A DNA stretch of 33,905 bases from a virus (Duplodnaviria > Caudoviricetes), in the IMG/VR virus record IMGVR_UViG_3300032236_001084, positions 1 to 33,905 of that record; one strand, written 5' to 3'. Under the pieces are notes generated by a model, which saw only the letters and a program-made list of their open reading frames with translations, ran no database searches and was not told where the DNA came from. Each line of letters begins with the position of its first letter. The first letter of the stretch is position 1. Positions 10,101-18,348 of this stretch are shown piece by piece. Made by a program: the position numbers and the translations under genes.

Positions 10101-12822
10101 TGATTTAACCGAAAGTTTATTATCACCATTTGTAAGTATCCAAAGATATAACCCGGACATAAGTAGAAATTCTGCCGATATTGAAGTTGGATTCTCACCA
10201 AGTGATTTAGTAGATGCCGATATCACAAACCAGCTAGGCTACTTTAACATTGATGATTACATTGGAAATCCAGCAGATGCTTATCTATCTAACTATCCCG
10301 ATTTAGATACTCTAAGAAATACATACTTCCAGAAGTATATTAGTAAGTTTGACTTACCAGACTTCATTAATCTAATTAGGTTCTTCGATAATTCTCTATT
10401 CAAGATGATAAAGGATTTCGTACCTGCTAGAGCAGACTTATCTACAGGTATTATCGTAAAACCGCACATCTTAGAGAGATCTAAGTACCCAAGAAATGAA
10501 CCAACCGTTACAATAAGTAACAATACAAGCTCAGTAGATTTAGTAGATACCTCAGGTTCAAACCCAGAAGGATATTATCTTAATACAAGATACACACAAT
10601 CAGTACCGGTATCTTTCTATGTAGCACCCGGTAACCAGTTTCAAACTATACAACCACTATCAGTAGGTAATATAACTTCACCTCAATCGAAGTTAAAAGA
10701 ACCGTTTACAGGTGAATTTGGAGGATTAGATATTAACTTAACCAATCACGGACAGTTTAGTCAATTAGAGAGATCTAGTATAACAGCACCATGGACTTCA
10801 TCAATCAAAGGTGGACAGTCAATCTTTACTACTTATAATTTAGGTGGCCTATATAACAATGCAGTATACGGAGTAACATCAAGTATATACCTTAAAACAG
10901 ACTACTCATCTAACTTAGTTGTACCTGTTAACAACGGTATTATTACACAGTACTACAACGATATAATAAATCAAAATCCGACTAACTATTTCATACCTTT
11001 TGCAACTATTACAGATTCTAATTATAGCTCGAAGGTATTTACCGGTATTAGGTATACAGGGACTAAGACTACTAGTGTGAAGTATAATACCTATACAGTA
11101 GGAGATAGTAGCTACGGTAAGACAGCTGCAATTGACCGTAATTCTGTAAAGATAGGTTTATTTACCCAAGTACAATCTAGTTCGTTACTGCCCGGAAGAG
11201 TAAATACATCTCTAAAATACCTTGTTGATGCTAACGGAAATCTTACAGAACTAAATCAGCAGAATAACAACTTATTTGAAGTACAAAATATATTTAAAGC
11301 AGGCGGCACAGCTACTATATCTTTATTTGATCGTAAAAAATACAGTAACCAGAAGTTTACAGATGGAGTAAAACCTATTTTTACAAGCGGGTATTCCTAC
11401 GAACCTATAATGTATTTCGGAGATAGTAATGCAGATTCTACATTATCTTTTCTACCATTAAATCCATCTTCTTACCTAGCCACTGCTACCACAGTTCCAA
11501 ATCCAAATAGGTATATAAGCGGAAGTGGAACAGGACAAAATAGCTTTCCTGTATCTGGAGGTATTGGAGGATATGTTAACAATGTATTCAATTCATCTGC
11601 ACAACAGGGAACTCTTTTCTTTACAGGTAGTAGTACAGTAGGTTCATACTACCTAATACCAGAAACAGGTAATTACAATGTTGATATGTATGTAGAATTG
11701 TTACTAACATCAAGTACACCGCTTACTATAACTTGGCAGTTAGAATTATTTAACAGTAGCTCTAACTCAGTACTTGCTACATCTTCACCGTACCAAAATT
11801 CTGTAGCAGGTACAGCCTATCAGTTATACGATTATACATTTGGAAATACTGGTCACTATTCTAGGAATATTACAGCTTATAGAGGCAGCGGCACTTCCCC
11901 TACTGCATCTTTTCTTATTCCATCCGGTGTTCAAATTTTAGCAGTCGATAATCCTGGCTATACTGATGTTACTTTAACCAGTATAGTACAGAGGACTGAT
12001 CCTAATTACGGCTTTACATTACCACCCGGTGTGTATGTAGTTTCTAGCGGAAGTGCTACCAACAATCCTAAATGGGCTTTAGAAGGAGGAAGCTCTAATG
12101 TTACTGTAGCTATGACTTTAACAACAACATTATTCGCTATACCTAAAAACACTAAAATTGTACCTCGATTAAAGTTAGTAAATAGTACGTTAACTAACTA
12201 TACAGCTAGTATTATCGATTCACAGTTATCAATAGCTTCACAAGCTACCGTTTCCGGTTATACTAATGCGACACTAAGTCACGGCTATCAAGATACATGG
12301 ACACTAGGTACAGTTAGTAGCTCTATAATACTTAATCCCGCATTATCAAGTTTTTACGGAGATAGTTACATATTTGCACCAAACCCCACACCTGCCGCAT
12401 CTGCATCAGCATATCCAAGTAGTTCTTTATATAAAAAATATGGGGATGTAAATTATATATTTAAACCTCAAATTAACGATATTATAGTAGCTAATTACTC
12501 CGACGGTACTTTCGGAGAGTATGTAATACAGAATATCTATATTGACAATCTAGGGCAGTTAAACCTAATACCAAGTGTTCCTTTAGGAAGTATAGCAGTA
12601 GATGATTTCAACAATGATACCTTTGTAAACTTTTTAATCGTTAAAAAAATACCAGATGAAACAAATCTAGAGTTAACGTTTAATAAACCTCCAGGTTTAA
12701 CATCATACGGATTTGTAATACCAGATGATCTGGATTTTAATTTCTTAAGAAATATCGATACTATAACAGCAGGTGTTAAACAAAAACTATTAGCTAGTGA
12801 ACAAGGTACTACAAGCGGATAA
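7177..12822 (+). CDS. Large baseplate wedge/tail protein (gp7 / P2 tail-I-like segment plus beta-rich domains), 1881 aa
   Basis: FLNMIGQHFD...LESFG...KRIYHNLPYLLKTRGTTRGLRALINCFGIP..LRINEFG is a P2 gpI/gp7-like motif; TIEFRFKT...WWSVSI...FQGYYQEFRYW..PLS is LamG/concanavalin-like; MIKDFVPARA closes the wedge fold; S/T/N-rich C-terminal half. Confidence 0.8.
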   Translation: MEIVTIDLLSSQAEYQQYKPADTSLINTATIAPPFGAPTDYVEYFIYDINGDLLVSEYYDTNYTPVNPDPATGNYTALQIDPQADVASHGYDRGSVDITYNFFRTLFQSSYTNQFWIKQISGTRTELKVCRQDLSNQQLQQAFTDFENQAASRAYYSDFYLNFGNNEVLIGVNVAYALDGDQGCLLLKLYEPLPADIDLKSTFWIVEQLGDSVKYQVTVEVPASAPPSSNALKGPNFNLNIAQRVGQATPTYNLSTLLASSSLAPSSSLYQQMQSILQDTSIDINVDYSDFSNFVHFSSAQERIYNFAYKLKLIESYNQSIANAGTVLNGGTITSGSILTYQQQINNIITNFDGYEYYLYYENTPQAWPKSNSLPPYQLYSITSSQALTWLGNPDVAPPVGQYSALNAASTYDLNNKDWLINTIPEYLKQDDSNIPYQTFLNMIGQHFDNIWIYYKDVTERYDAESDLTKGVSKEIVKSALESFGIHLYTNTNISDNLYYSTLGINPDGSLTPPTGSFNSNNIYITYNSSGPYVFLGYTNPNLYTLNFDEKPTIPGADITLEYQKRIYHNLPYLLKTRGTTRGLRALINCFGIPSTLLRINEFGGSDKLQSTPDVIQKRYGLAYHNSGSVNLTIPWALQVLNNAVPDTIEFRFKTQGIPDSNHISQSLFEVNRGNNTYFGIQLTYDSASAIPSSSLQNNGNLTFYLNNSGSAGIYGKTAPITLPFFDNTQWWSVSIGRATGSAINTVDNTYTLTVAGTAYNQEGDGNITYLSSSSLFVTSSTSASYNASWNAYDTSTQTALFSAYLGGPVNLTSSLCKLRTTFQGYYQEFRYWGQPLSLSAFNQHVTSPSSIVGNTPTSSYTDLTFRLPLGNNNVVPSYGTSSLQLNSPDGDLYEIGYTAIDQSAVLTSNHPAASTVKSFKSGSSSFSYGLFGSGSHESESNASFESLVMTDLIAGPSVGVGQKVNNKIFIPTQDDLTESLLSPFVSIQRYNPDISRNSADIEVGFSPSDLVDADITNQLGYFNIDDYIGNPADAYLSNYPDLDTLRNTYFQKYISKFDLPDFINLIRFFDNSLFKMIKDFVPARADLSTGIIVKPHILERSKYPRNEPTVTISNNTSSVDLVDTSGSNPEGYYLNTRYTQSVPVSFYVAPGNQFQTIQPLSVGNITSPQSKLKEPFTGEFGGLDINLTNHGQFSQLERSSITAPWTSSIKGGQSIFTTYNLGGLYNNAVYGVTSSIYLKTDYSSNLVVPVNNGIITQYYNDIINQNPTNYFIPFATITDSNYSSKVFTGIRYTGTKTTSVKYNTYTVGDSSYGKTAAIDRNSVKIGLFTQVQSSSLLPGRVNTSLKYLVDANGNLTELNQQNNNLFEVQNIFKAGGTATISLFDRKKYSNQKFTDGVKPIFTSGYSYEPIMYFGDSNADSTLSFLPLNPSSYLATATTVPNPNRYISGSGTGQNSFPVSGGIGGYVNNVFNSSAQQGTLFFTGSSTVGSYYLIPETGNYNVDMYVELLLTSSTPLTITWQLELFNSSSNSVLATSSPYQNSVAGTAYQLYDYTFGNTGHYSRNITAYRGSGTSPTASFLIPSGVQILAVDNPGYTDVTLTSIVQRTDPNYGFTLPPGVYVVSSGSATNNPKWALEGGSSNVTVAMTLTTTLFAIPKNTKIVPRLKLVNSTLTNYTASIIDSQLSIASQATVSGYTNATLSHGYQDTWTLGTVSSSIILNPALSSFYGDSYIFAPNPTPAASASAYPSSSLYKKYGDVNYIFKPQINDIIVANYSDGTFGEYVIQNIYIDNLGQLNLIPSVPLGSIAVDDFNNDTFVNFLIVKKIPDETNLELTFNKPPGLTSYGFVIPDDLDFNFLRNIDTITAGVKQKLLASEQGTTSG

Positions 12823-12850
12823 TAATAGGGCTTAAAACCAAATTTTTATA

Positions 12851-12857
12851 TATTTAT
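12851..12857 (+). promoter_or_regulatory. Putative late promoter motif TATTTAT
   Basis: Intergenic, 24 nt before ATG 12882. Confidence 0.5.
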
Positions 12858-12881
12858 TAATACAGTAAACACAAAACAAAT

Positions 12882-13538
12882 ATGGGCTACTTAAATGGAA
12901 CCACAGTAACGGTTGACGCAATCCTAACAAAGAAAGGAAGAGAATTATTAGCAAGAAATGATGGCTCTTTTCAAATCACACAATTTGCACTATCTGATGA
13001 TGAAATAGATTATACTCTGTATAACCCAAATCACCCATCTGGATCTGCATTTTATGGGGAAGCAATTCAAGCAATGCCAGTACTAGAAGCATTTCCAAAT
13101 GATAATGAAATCATGAAATACAAGTTAATAACACTTCCAAGAGGAACTTCTGCAATTCCGGCACTAAATGTAGGATATCAATCTATAACTTTAAAGCAAG
13201 GTGCATCTATTTCGATAACACCTCAAACTTTAAATTACCTAGGTGCTACATCTACATTTGAACAAGACGGGTATATCGCTACTATTGGTGATGTTAGAGT
13301 CACATCTAACTTTACAGGTATTGGTATCAATACAGCTGAAGCTACTCAATTAAACGGAACTGTGACTGTAGGTACAAATGTAAGTAAGACTGTTATAGGT
13401 ACTACAATTACTATTACTGCAACTACAGTTAATACTTTATTTGGAACTAGTACACAACTACAAACTAATCTTGTTATAGAAGGTAGAGATAGTGGTGCAA
13501 GAGTAACAATTCCTGTAACTATTACAAAACAATCTTAA
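12882..13538 (+). CDS. Conserved baseplate/tail-fibre attachment protein
   Basis: DAILTKKGRELLA...FQITQFALSDDEIDY resembles the N-terminal '(i/l)T..G...lA.....it..a.gD' motif of tail-fibre/collar (DUF3751-like) domains; T-rich beta C-terminus. Confidence 0.65.
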   Translation: MGYLNGTTVTVDAILTKKGRELLARNDGSFQITQFALSDDEIDYTLYNPNHPSGSAFYGEAIQAMPVLEAFPNDNEIMKYKLITLPRGTSAIPALNVGYQSITLKQGASISITPQTLNYLGATSTFEQDGYIATIGDVRVTSNFTGIGINTAEATQLNGTVTVGTNVSKTVIGTTITITATTVNTLFGTSTQLQTNLVIEGRDSGARVTIPVTITKQS

Positions 13539-13560
13539 TAATAAATTTTAATAATATAAT

Positions 13561-14577
13561 ATGAGCTTTGTTCAATTAGCTTCAACAGATATAGTAGTAA
13601 GTGCAGATACAATCACAGCACCGGCTTGGTCAACAGGTAATCCTGTAGCAACCTCTTTTATTACTTCTTCATCTCCAACACCTACAGTTTTTACAAATGT
13701 AAGTGTTAATAACTCAGCTACGATAGCAGATTTTGCTGTAACGTATGGTCATTTATACGGTAGTGGTTCAACACTATACAATTCTCTTGTACCTGGATTA
13801 TCCCCAACAAGGACTATCTACGGCCAGTACAGAAATTTAATATACGGTACTGAAACTCAAAACTTTAACTTCGGTACAGCTAATTCATCTTCTGTTAATC
13901 TATTTGTGATTAATGTAAATAGAAGTGACTATAAACAGCAACTATATGCTCCCACTTTTAATTTAACTTTAAGTGGAAGTAATGCACCAAAGATACAGTT
14001 AACAAATGACAGTACAACTACTACAACTGTTACTTATCTAGATTGCGGTAGAGCATTTAACATAGTAAGCGGGAGTAATGGTGCTGCTGTAACAACAGCT
14101 TATTTTCCAAATGTAACTGCAGGTTGGACACCATCAGGTTCATATGGTTTATTCCTACCAGATGTAGGGTTAATCGTATTAAACCCAGCTGCACTAGCAT
14201 TACCACCAGCTTCAGGTGGTATTAACCTAACTACAACAGATACATCAAATGTAAATACTAATAATCAAAACTTACTATACAGTGCAATTGTAAGTGGTAG
14301 TTACTTCCAACTTAATAGTGAAGAAACAGTATCATCTGATTACATATTTGTAAGAGCAGGTAATGCACAGTTTAACTACACCACAAACCCATCTGCAATA
14401 TCAGGAAGTACAGGTACACTAACCTTCCCTACAATGATTAATAACCCGCAGACTTTCCCAACAACAGTTGGTCTATATAACGCTAATAATGAGTTACTTG
14501 CAGTTGCTAAATTATCACAACCTTTTACAAAAGACTTCACAAAGGAAGCGTTATTTAGAGTAAAATTAAATTGGTAG
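13561..14577 (+). CDS. Baseplate/tail structural protein
   Basis: C-terminal FNYTTNPS...TFPTTVGLYNANNELLAVAKLSQP..K......RVKLNW, similar to the C-terminal half of tail-collar domains; paralogous C-terminus with the next gene. Confidence 0.7.
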   Translation: MSFVQLASTDIVVSADTITAPAWSTGNPVATSFITSSSPTPTVFTNVSVNNSATIADFAVTYGHLYGSGSTLYNSLVPGLSPTRTIYGQYRNLIYGTETQNFNFGTANSSSVNLFVINVNRSDYKQQLYAPTFNLTLSGSNAPKIQLTNDSTTTTTVTYLDCGRAFNIVSGSNGAAVTTAYFPNVTAGWTPSGSYGLFLPDVGLIVLNPAALALPPASGGINLTTTDTSNVNTNNQNLLYSAIVSGSYFQLNSEETVSSDYIFVRAGNAQFNYTTNPSAISGSTGTLTFPTMINNPQTFPTTVGLYNANNELLAVAKLSQPFTKDFTKEALFRVKLNW

Positions 14578-14597
14578 TAACCTAGTAAAACTATAGA

Positions 14598-15506
14598 ATG
14601 AGTTCTGTTTATAAGACATTAAACATATCAGATCTAACTGTATTCCCGTATAAGACTAGTAAGGCATTCAGTTTCCTTAGCGGAACTGCTGCCTATACTA
14701 ATTCGGGGATAAACATGACGTTTGGAAGTAATCCCACAACACTACCGGCTTCTGGATCTGTAACTTATCAACGTGCTCTAAATTATAGATCAGCACGACA
14801 CTTATACTACTCACATAATCTACCTGGATTACAACCTTCTACCCCTTTATCTGAACAGTCGTATGATCAGTTAGTAGCAGATCAAAATGTAGACAGCACA
14901 GTTAACCCAGTACTAGTGTATGATAACTATTTACAGACTACAGCTTGCTCAGGTTCAGCTGAATACGATAATAGAAATACTTTTCCATCTAGTAGCGGTA
15001 ATAACTTAGTATCGATAGTTTCGATACCGCAAATACTGTTTGGAGAACAGATACAGCCTAATAGTTTCTATATAACAGATACAACTAGTGATTTCAATAG
15101 TTCTAAAGATGACGGTAATGGTAATTTAGTAGATACAGCCACCGAACAGATTTGTGTAGGTAATATTATATATTCACACGGTATTGCCGTAATCACAAAT
15201 CAAAGTTATAGCCCTAACGGTAATACACCGCTCATAAGTTTTAACTCTGAAACTACTGTTTACCAGTCCCAAGTTAGATGTCATATTAATGAAAATGAAT
15301 TTAATCTGACTACAAATCCATCTGCAACTTCCGGTTCTTTTGGAGTATTAAATAGTAACGTATCTGGATCTAGTTTTCAACCCTATGTTACAACCATTGG
15401 ACTCTATAATGGAGCTAATGAACTAATTGCAGTTGGTAAACTAGGCCAACCCTTCCCAATGCCCGCTAACACTGATGTTACATTCGTAGTTAGATGGGAT
15501 TCATAA
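14598..15506 (+). CDS. Baseplate/tail structural protein (paralog of the upstream gene)
   Basis: FGEQIQPNSF..DDGNGNL..VGNIIYSHGIAVIT; C-terminal FNLTTNPS...PYVTTIGLYNGANELIAVGKLGQP...FVVRWD aligns with the 13561 protein. Confidence 0.7.
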   Translation: MSSVYKTLNISDLTVFPYKTSKAFSFLSGTAAYTNSGINMTFGSNPTTLPASGSVTYQRALNYRSARHLYYSHNLPGLQPSTPLSEQSYDQLVADQNVDSTVNPVLVYDNYLQTTACSGSAEYDNRNTFPSSSGNNLVSIVSIPQILFGEQIQPNSFYITDTTSDFNSSKDDGNGNLVDTATEQICVGNIIYSHGIAVITNQSYSPNGNTPLISFNSETTVYQSQVRCHINENEFNLTTNPSATSGSFGVLNSNVSGSSFQPYVTTIGLYNGANELIAVGKLGQPFPMPANTDVTFVVRWDS

Positions 15507-15520
15507 ACCTAAAATTATTT

Positions 15521-15934
15521 ATGGCAAAAAAAGTTAATGTAAGAAGAAGAGCTATACAGCAAGGCTATCGTTCTGGTTTAGAACAGACTATCGCCCAGCA
15601 GCTCGATTCAAAACAAGTTATATATCAATACGAAAATCCAGCTAATAAGATTAAATATACTGTACCTGCTAAAGATCACACCTACCTACCTGACTTTGTA
15701 CTAACTAACGGTATCATCATAGAAACAAAAGGTAGATTTGTACTAGCAGATAGAAAAAAGCACGAGCTAATTAAATCGCAAAGACCTGAATTAGACATAA
15801 GATTTGTCTTTAGTAACTCTAATACTAAAATAGCCAAGAACTCTAAGACAACATATGGGAGCTGGTGTGAGAAGCTGGGTATCCCTTATGCCGATAAACA
15901 GATACCGAAGGAGTGGTTGGAGGAGAAACTTTAA
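15521..15934 (+). CDS. T7 gp3-like endonuclease I (Holliday junction resolvase)
   Basis: GYRSGLE, YLPDFVLTNGIIIETKGRF...DRKKH.LIK.Q.PELDIRFVFSNS..KI.K.S.TTYG.WCEK.G closely follow T7 endo I. Start set at ATG 15521 because 15494 overlaps the upstream gene. Confidence 0.93.
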   Translation: MAKKVNVRRRAIQQGYRSGLEQTIAQQLDSKQVIYQYENPANKIKYTVPAKDHTYLPDFVLTNGIIIETKGRFVLADRKKHELIKSQRPELDIRFVFSNSNTKIAKNSKTTYGSWCEKLGIPYADKQIPKEWLEEKL

Positions 15935-15935
15935 G

Positions 15936-15966
15936 TTTGTAGTCTAGTAAGAAGTTCGTATATTTA
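15936..15966 (+). promoter_or_regulatory. Bacteroidota-type housekeeping promoter (-33 TTTG, 19-nt spacer, -7 TATATTTA)
   Basis: TTTG 15936-39, TATATTTA 15959-66; one mismatch to consensus TAnnTTTG; immediately upstream of the primase gene. Confidence 0.6.
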
Positions 15967-15973
15967 GTATACT

Positions 15974-16915
15974 ATGGATAACACTAGACTTTTATTAGGA
16001 ATAGTTGAGACAGTATTAGGCAAAGGTAAACATACTTCAAAACATAACTATGCTTTCAATTGCCCATTCTGTCATCATCATAAACCCAAGCTTGAAGTAG
16101 ACCTACAAGTAACACCTGACGGTAAAACGCCATGGAATTGTTGGGTGTGTGGCCAGAAGGGCAGATCACTTGTAAACCTATTTAAAAAGCTTGATGTCCC
16201 AAGAGAGACGCTATTAGAATTAAAGCCCTTTATCAAGTATATACCGCAAGAAAAGAATGGGGAGATTCAAGAGAAACTGATAATAAAGCTTCCTAAGGAG
16301 TATAAATCGATTCTACAAAAAAGTAGCTCGATCACCTATCGTCAAGCTCTAGCCTATGCTAGAAAGAGAGGTTTAACAGATGAAGATTTTATTAAATATG
16401 GAGTTGGGTATTGTGAAACAGGTCGATATGCTAATTCTCTAATAGTTCAATCTTTTGATAAGGATGGAAAATTGAATTACTTTATCGGAAGATCTTTTGA
16501 AAAAGACCCTGCAAGAAAATATAACGCACCTGTCTGTAATAAAAATGAAATAGTTGGGTTAGAATATTATATAAACTGGAAATGTCCTGTTATACTGTGT
16601 GAAGGTATTTTTGATGCAATTGCTATAAAAAGAAATGTAGTACCTTTATTTGGTAAAACATTACCAACATCTCTACAGGTTCAATTAGCTAGTGCAGACG
16701 TTAAAACCGTCTATATTGTATTAGATAATGATGCTCTAAAAGATGCAATAAAACATGCCCAGCAGTTAATGGACTCAGGAAAAGAAGTATATCTAGTGGA
16801 ACTAAATGGAAAAGATCCATCGGATATAGGTTTTCAAGAAATGACACGATTGTTACATCAATCAAGTGCGTTAAGTTATGCTAAACTTTTACATAAAAAA
16901 TTAGAATTATGCTAG
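15974..16915 (+). CDS. DNA primase (zinc-binding domain + TOPRIM)
   Basis: CPFCHHHKPKL...WNCWVC zinc ribbon; YARKRGL; ILCEGIFDAI and VYIVLDND TOPRIM acidic motifs; KDPSD. Confidence 0.92.
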   Translation: MDNTRLLLGIVETVLGKGKHTSKHNYAFNCPFCHHHKPKLEVDLQVTPDGKTPWNCWVCGQKGRSLVNLFKKLDVPRETLLELKPFIKYIPQEKNGEIQEKLIIKLPKEYKSILQKSSSITYRQALAYARKRGLTDEDFIKYGVGYCETGRYANSLIVQSFDKDGKLNYFIGRSFEKDPARKYNAPVCNKNEIVGLEYYINWKCPVILCEGIFDAIAIKRNVVPLFGKTLPTSLQVQLASADVKTVYIVLDNDALKDAIKHAQQLMDSGKEVYLVELNGKDPSDIGFQEMTRLLHQSSALSYAKLLHKKLELC

Positions 16916-17571
16916 TAGCAGAACAACGTTCACCTGAATGGTTTAGTGTTAGAAAAGGAAGAATAACCAGTTCAGAGATTTGGAAAATAATGGGATCAAA
17001 GAAAGAGGGATTAGGTGATGTAGCAAAAAGCTACTTACTAGAAAGAGTCTCCGAAAAATTAGGTGGGTTTTCACAACCCATCATTGGCCCGGCCCTAGAT
17101 TGGGGTACAGATTTAGAAGATACTGCAAGAGATATTTATGCAGCAGCAACTGGCCTAGAAGTTAAACCTTGTTCTTTCTATACTGTATCAGATTTTTATG
17201 GAGGAACACCTGATTCTTTAGTTGGAGATGATGGAGTGTTAGAGATTAAATGTCCCTACACATCAGTAAATCACTTCAAATATGGACTAATATCCTCAGA
17301 TGCTGAGTTTAAAAAGACATCAGCTGCCTACTACTATCAATGTATCTCGCATATGGCGGTAACGGGTAGAAAATGGTGTGACTTTATTAGCTTTGATCCA
17401 AGAGTAGGTACAGATTATATGTTATTCATCTATAGATTAGGTAGAGATGAAGATGAAATCAAGAATATGTTAGAGAGAGTTGAATTAGCAAGTAAATATA
17501 TGGTAGAATTAGTTGAAAGACTGCCAAAATCCATTGTATCACAAGAAATGCTAGTGAATAACGAAGAATAA
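16909..17571 (+). CDS. YqaJ / lambda-exonuclease-family recombination exonuclease
   Basis: QRSPEWF..RKGRITSS, WGTDLE..AR..Y, GTPDSLV, LEIKCP, YYYQC..HM.VTGRKWCDFISFDPR. Confidence 0.93.
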   Translation: MLVAEQRSPEWFSVRKGRITSSEIWKIMGSKKEGLGDVAKSYLLERVSEKLGGFSQPIIGPALDWGTDLEDTARDIYAAATGLEVKPCSFYTVSDFYGGTPDSLVGDDGVLEIKCPYTSVNHFKYGLISSDAEFKKTSAAYYYQCISHMAVTGRKWCDFISFDPRVGTDYMLFIYRLGRDEDEIKNMLERVELASKYMVELVERLPKSIVSQEMLVNNEE

Positions 17572-17573
17572 AC

Positions 17574-17581
17574 TATTTATA
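17574..17581 (+). promoter_or_regulatory. Putative late promoter motif TATTTATA at the head of the leader-tagged gene block
   Basis: aacTATTTATAagagtATG, between the exonuclease stop and the first MIKL gene. Confidence 0.55.
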
Positions 17582-17586
17582 AGAGT

Positions 17587-18348
17587 ATGATAAAGCTGGT
17601 AAATTTATTACGAGAAACTAAACAAGGTCCAAAAGCAATATTTTTAGCTGGACCTGCAGGTGCCGGTAAATCTTTTATAACTAAACAAATTTTACCTGTT
17701 GGACATTTTAATGTTATTAATAGTGATGATACCTATGAAGAGTTATTGAAAGCATCTGGTTTAGGTATGAAACAAAAAGACTTTGGTCCTGAAGAGCTAT
17801 CTCAAGCAGCTAAGTTACAAGGTCAAGCACAGAAAACTACAAGAGAAAAATATACCAAAGCTGTAGAGGATCGTGATGATATTATTGTAGACGGTACAGG
17901 TGCAGCATCTGGTCCGTTACTTAAAAAGAAAGCAGAGCTAGAAGAACTTGGTTATACTACATTTATGGTAATGATCTACGTATCACCTATGACATCTTTA
18001 GAGAGAAATGCAGGTAGAGATAGATCTTTAATGCCTGCTATTGTACTAAGGACTTGGAGAGATGTTAACAAGAACATACAGACATATGAACAAGCTTTTG
18101 GTGATAACTTTATACTACTAAATAATGATCCTGCAGGAGCAGATAAGTCTTTTGATCCGGCAATTGTAAAACGTCGATTCTTTGATACATCAACCGGTAA
18201 AGGTAAAGAAAAGACTCCTGAAGAGATGATGAAGAGAGCACAAGAGGCAGCAGACCTAAATCAGAGTATAACAGATATATTAAAATCAGAACCCGAAGCA
18301 ATTGATATCGGGCAAGCAAAAGCAAAAATACAAGCATTTATAGGATGA
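17587..18348 (+). CDS. P-loop kinase (zeta-toxin / AAA_33-like) with MIKL leader
   Basis: KAIFLAGPAGAGKS Walker A; VINSDD; IIVDGTG; ERNAGRDR lid; N-terminus MIKLVNLLRE. Confidence 0.85.
   Translation: MIKLVNLLRETKQGPKAIFLAGPAGAGKSFITKQILPVGHFNVINSDDTYEELLKASGLGMKQKDFGPEELSQAAKLQGQAQKTTREKYTKAVEDRDDIIVDGTGAASGPLLKKKAELEELGYTTFMVMIYVSPMTSLERNAGRDRSLMPAIVLRTWRDVNKNIQTYEQAFGDNFILLNNDPAGADKSFDPAIVKRRFFDTSTGKGKEKTPEEMMKRAQEAADLNQSITDILKSEPEAIDIGQAKAKIQAFIG

Noticed and set aside
17587-18348. Zeta toxin of a toxin-antitoxin pair
   Set aside because: Only the P-loop kinase fold is evident; no epsilon-like antitoxin is adjacent and the substrate cannot be inferred.
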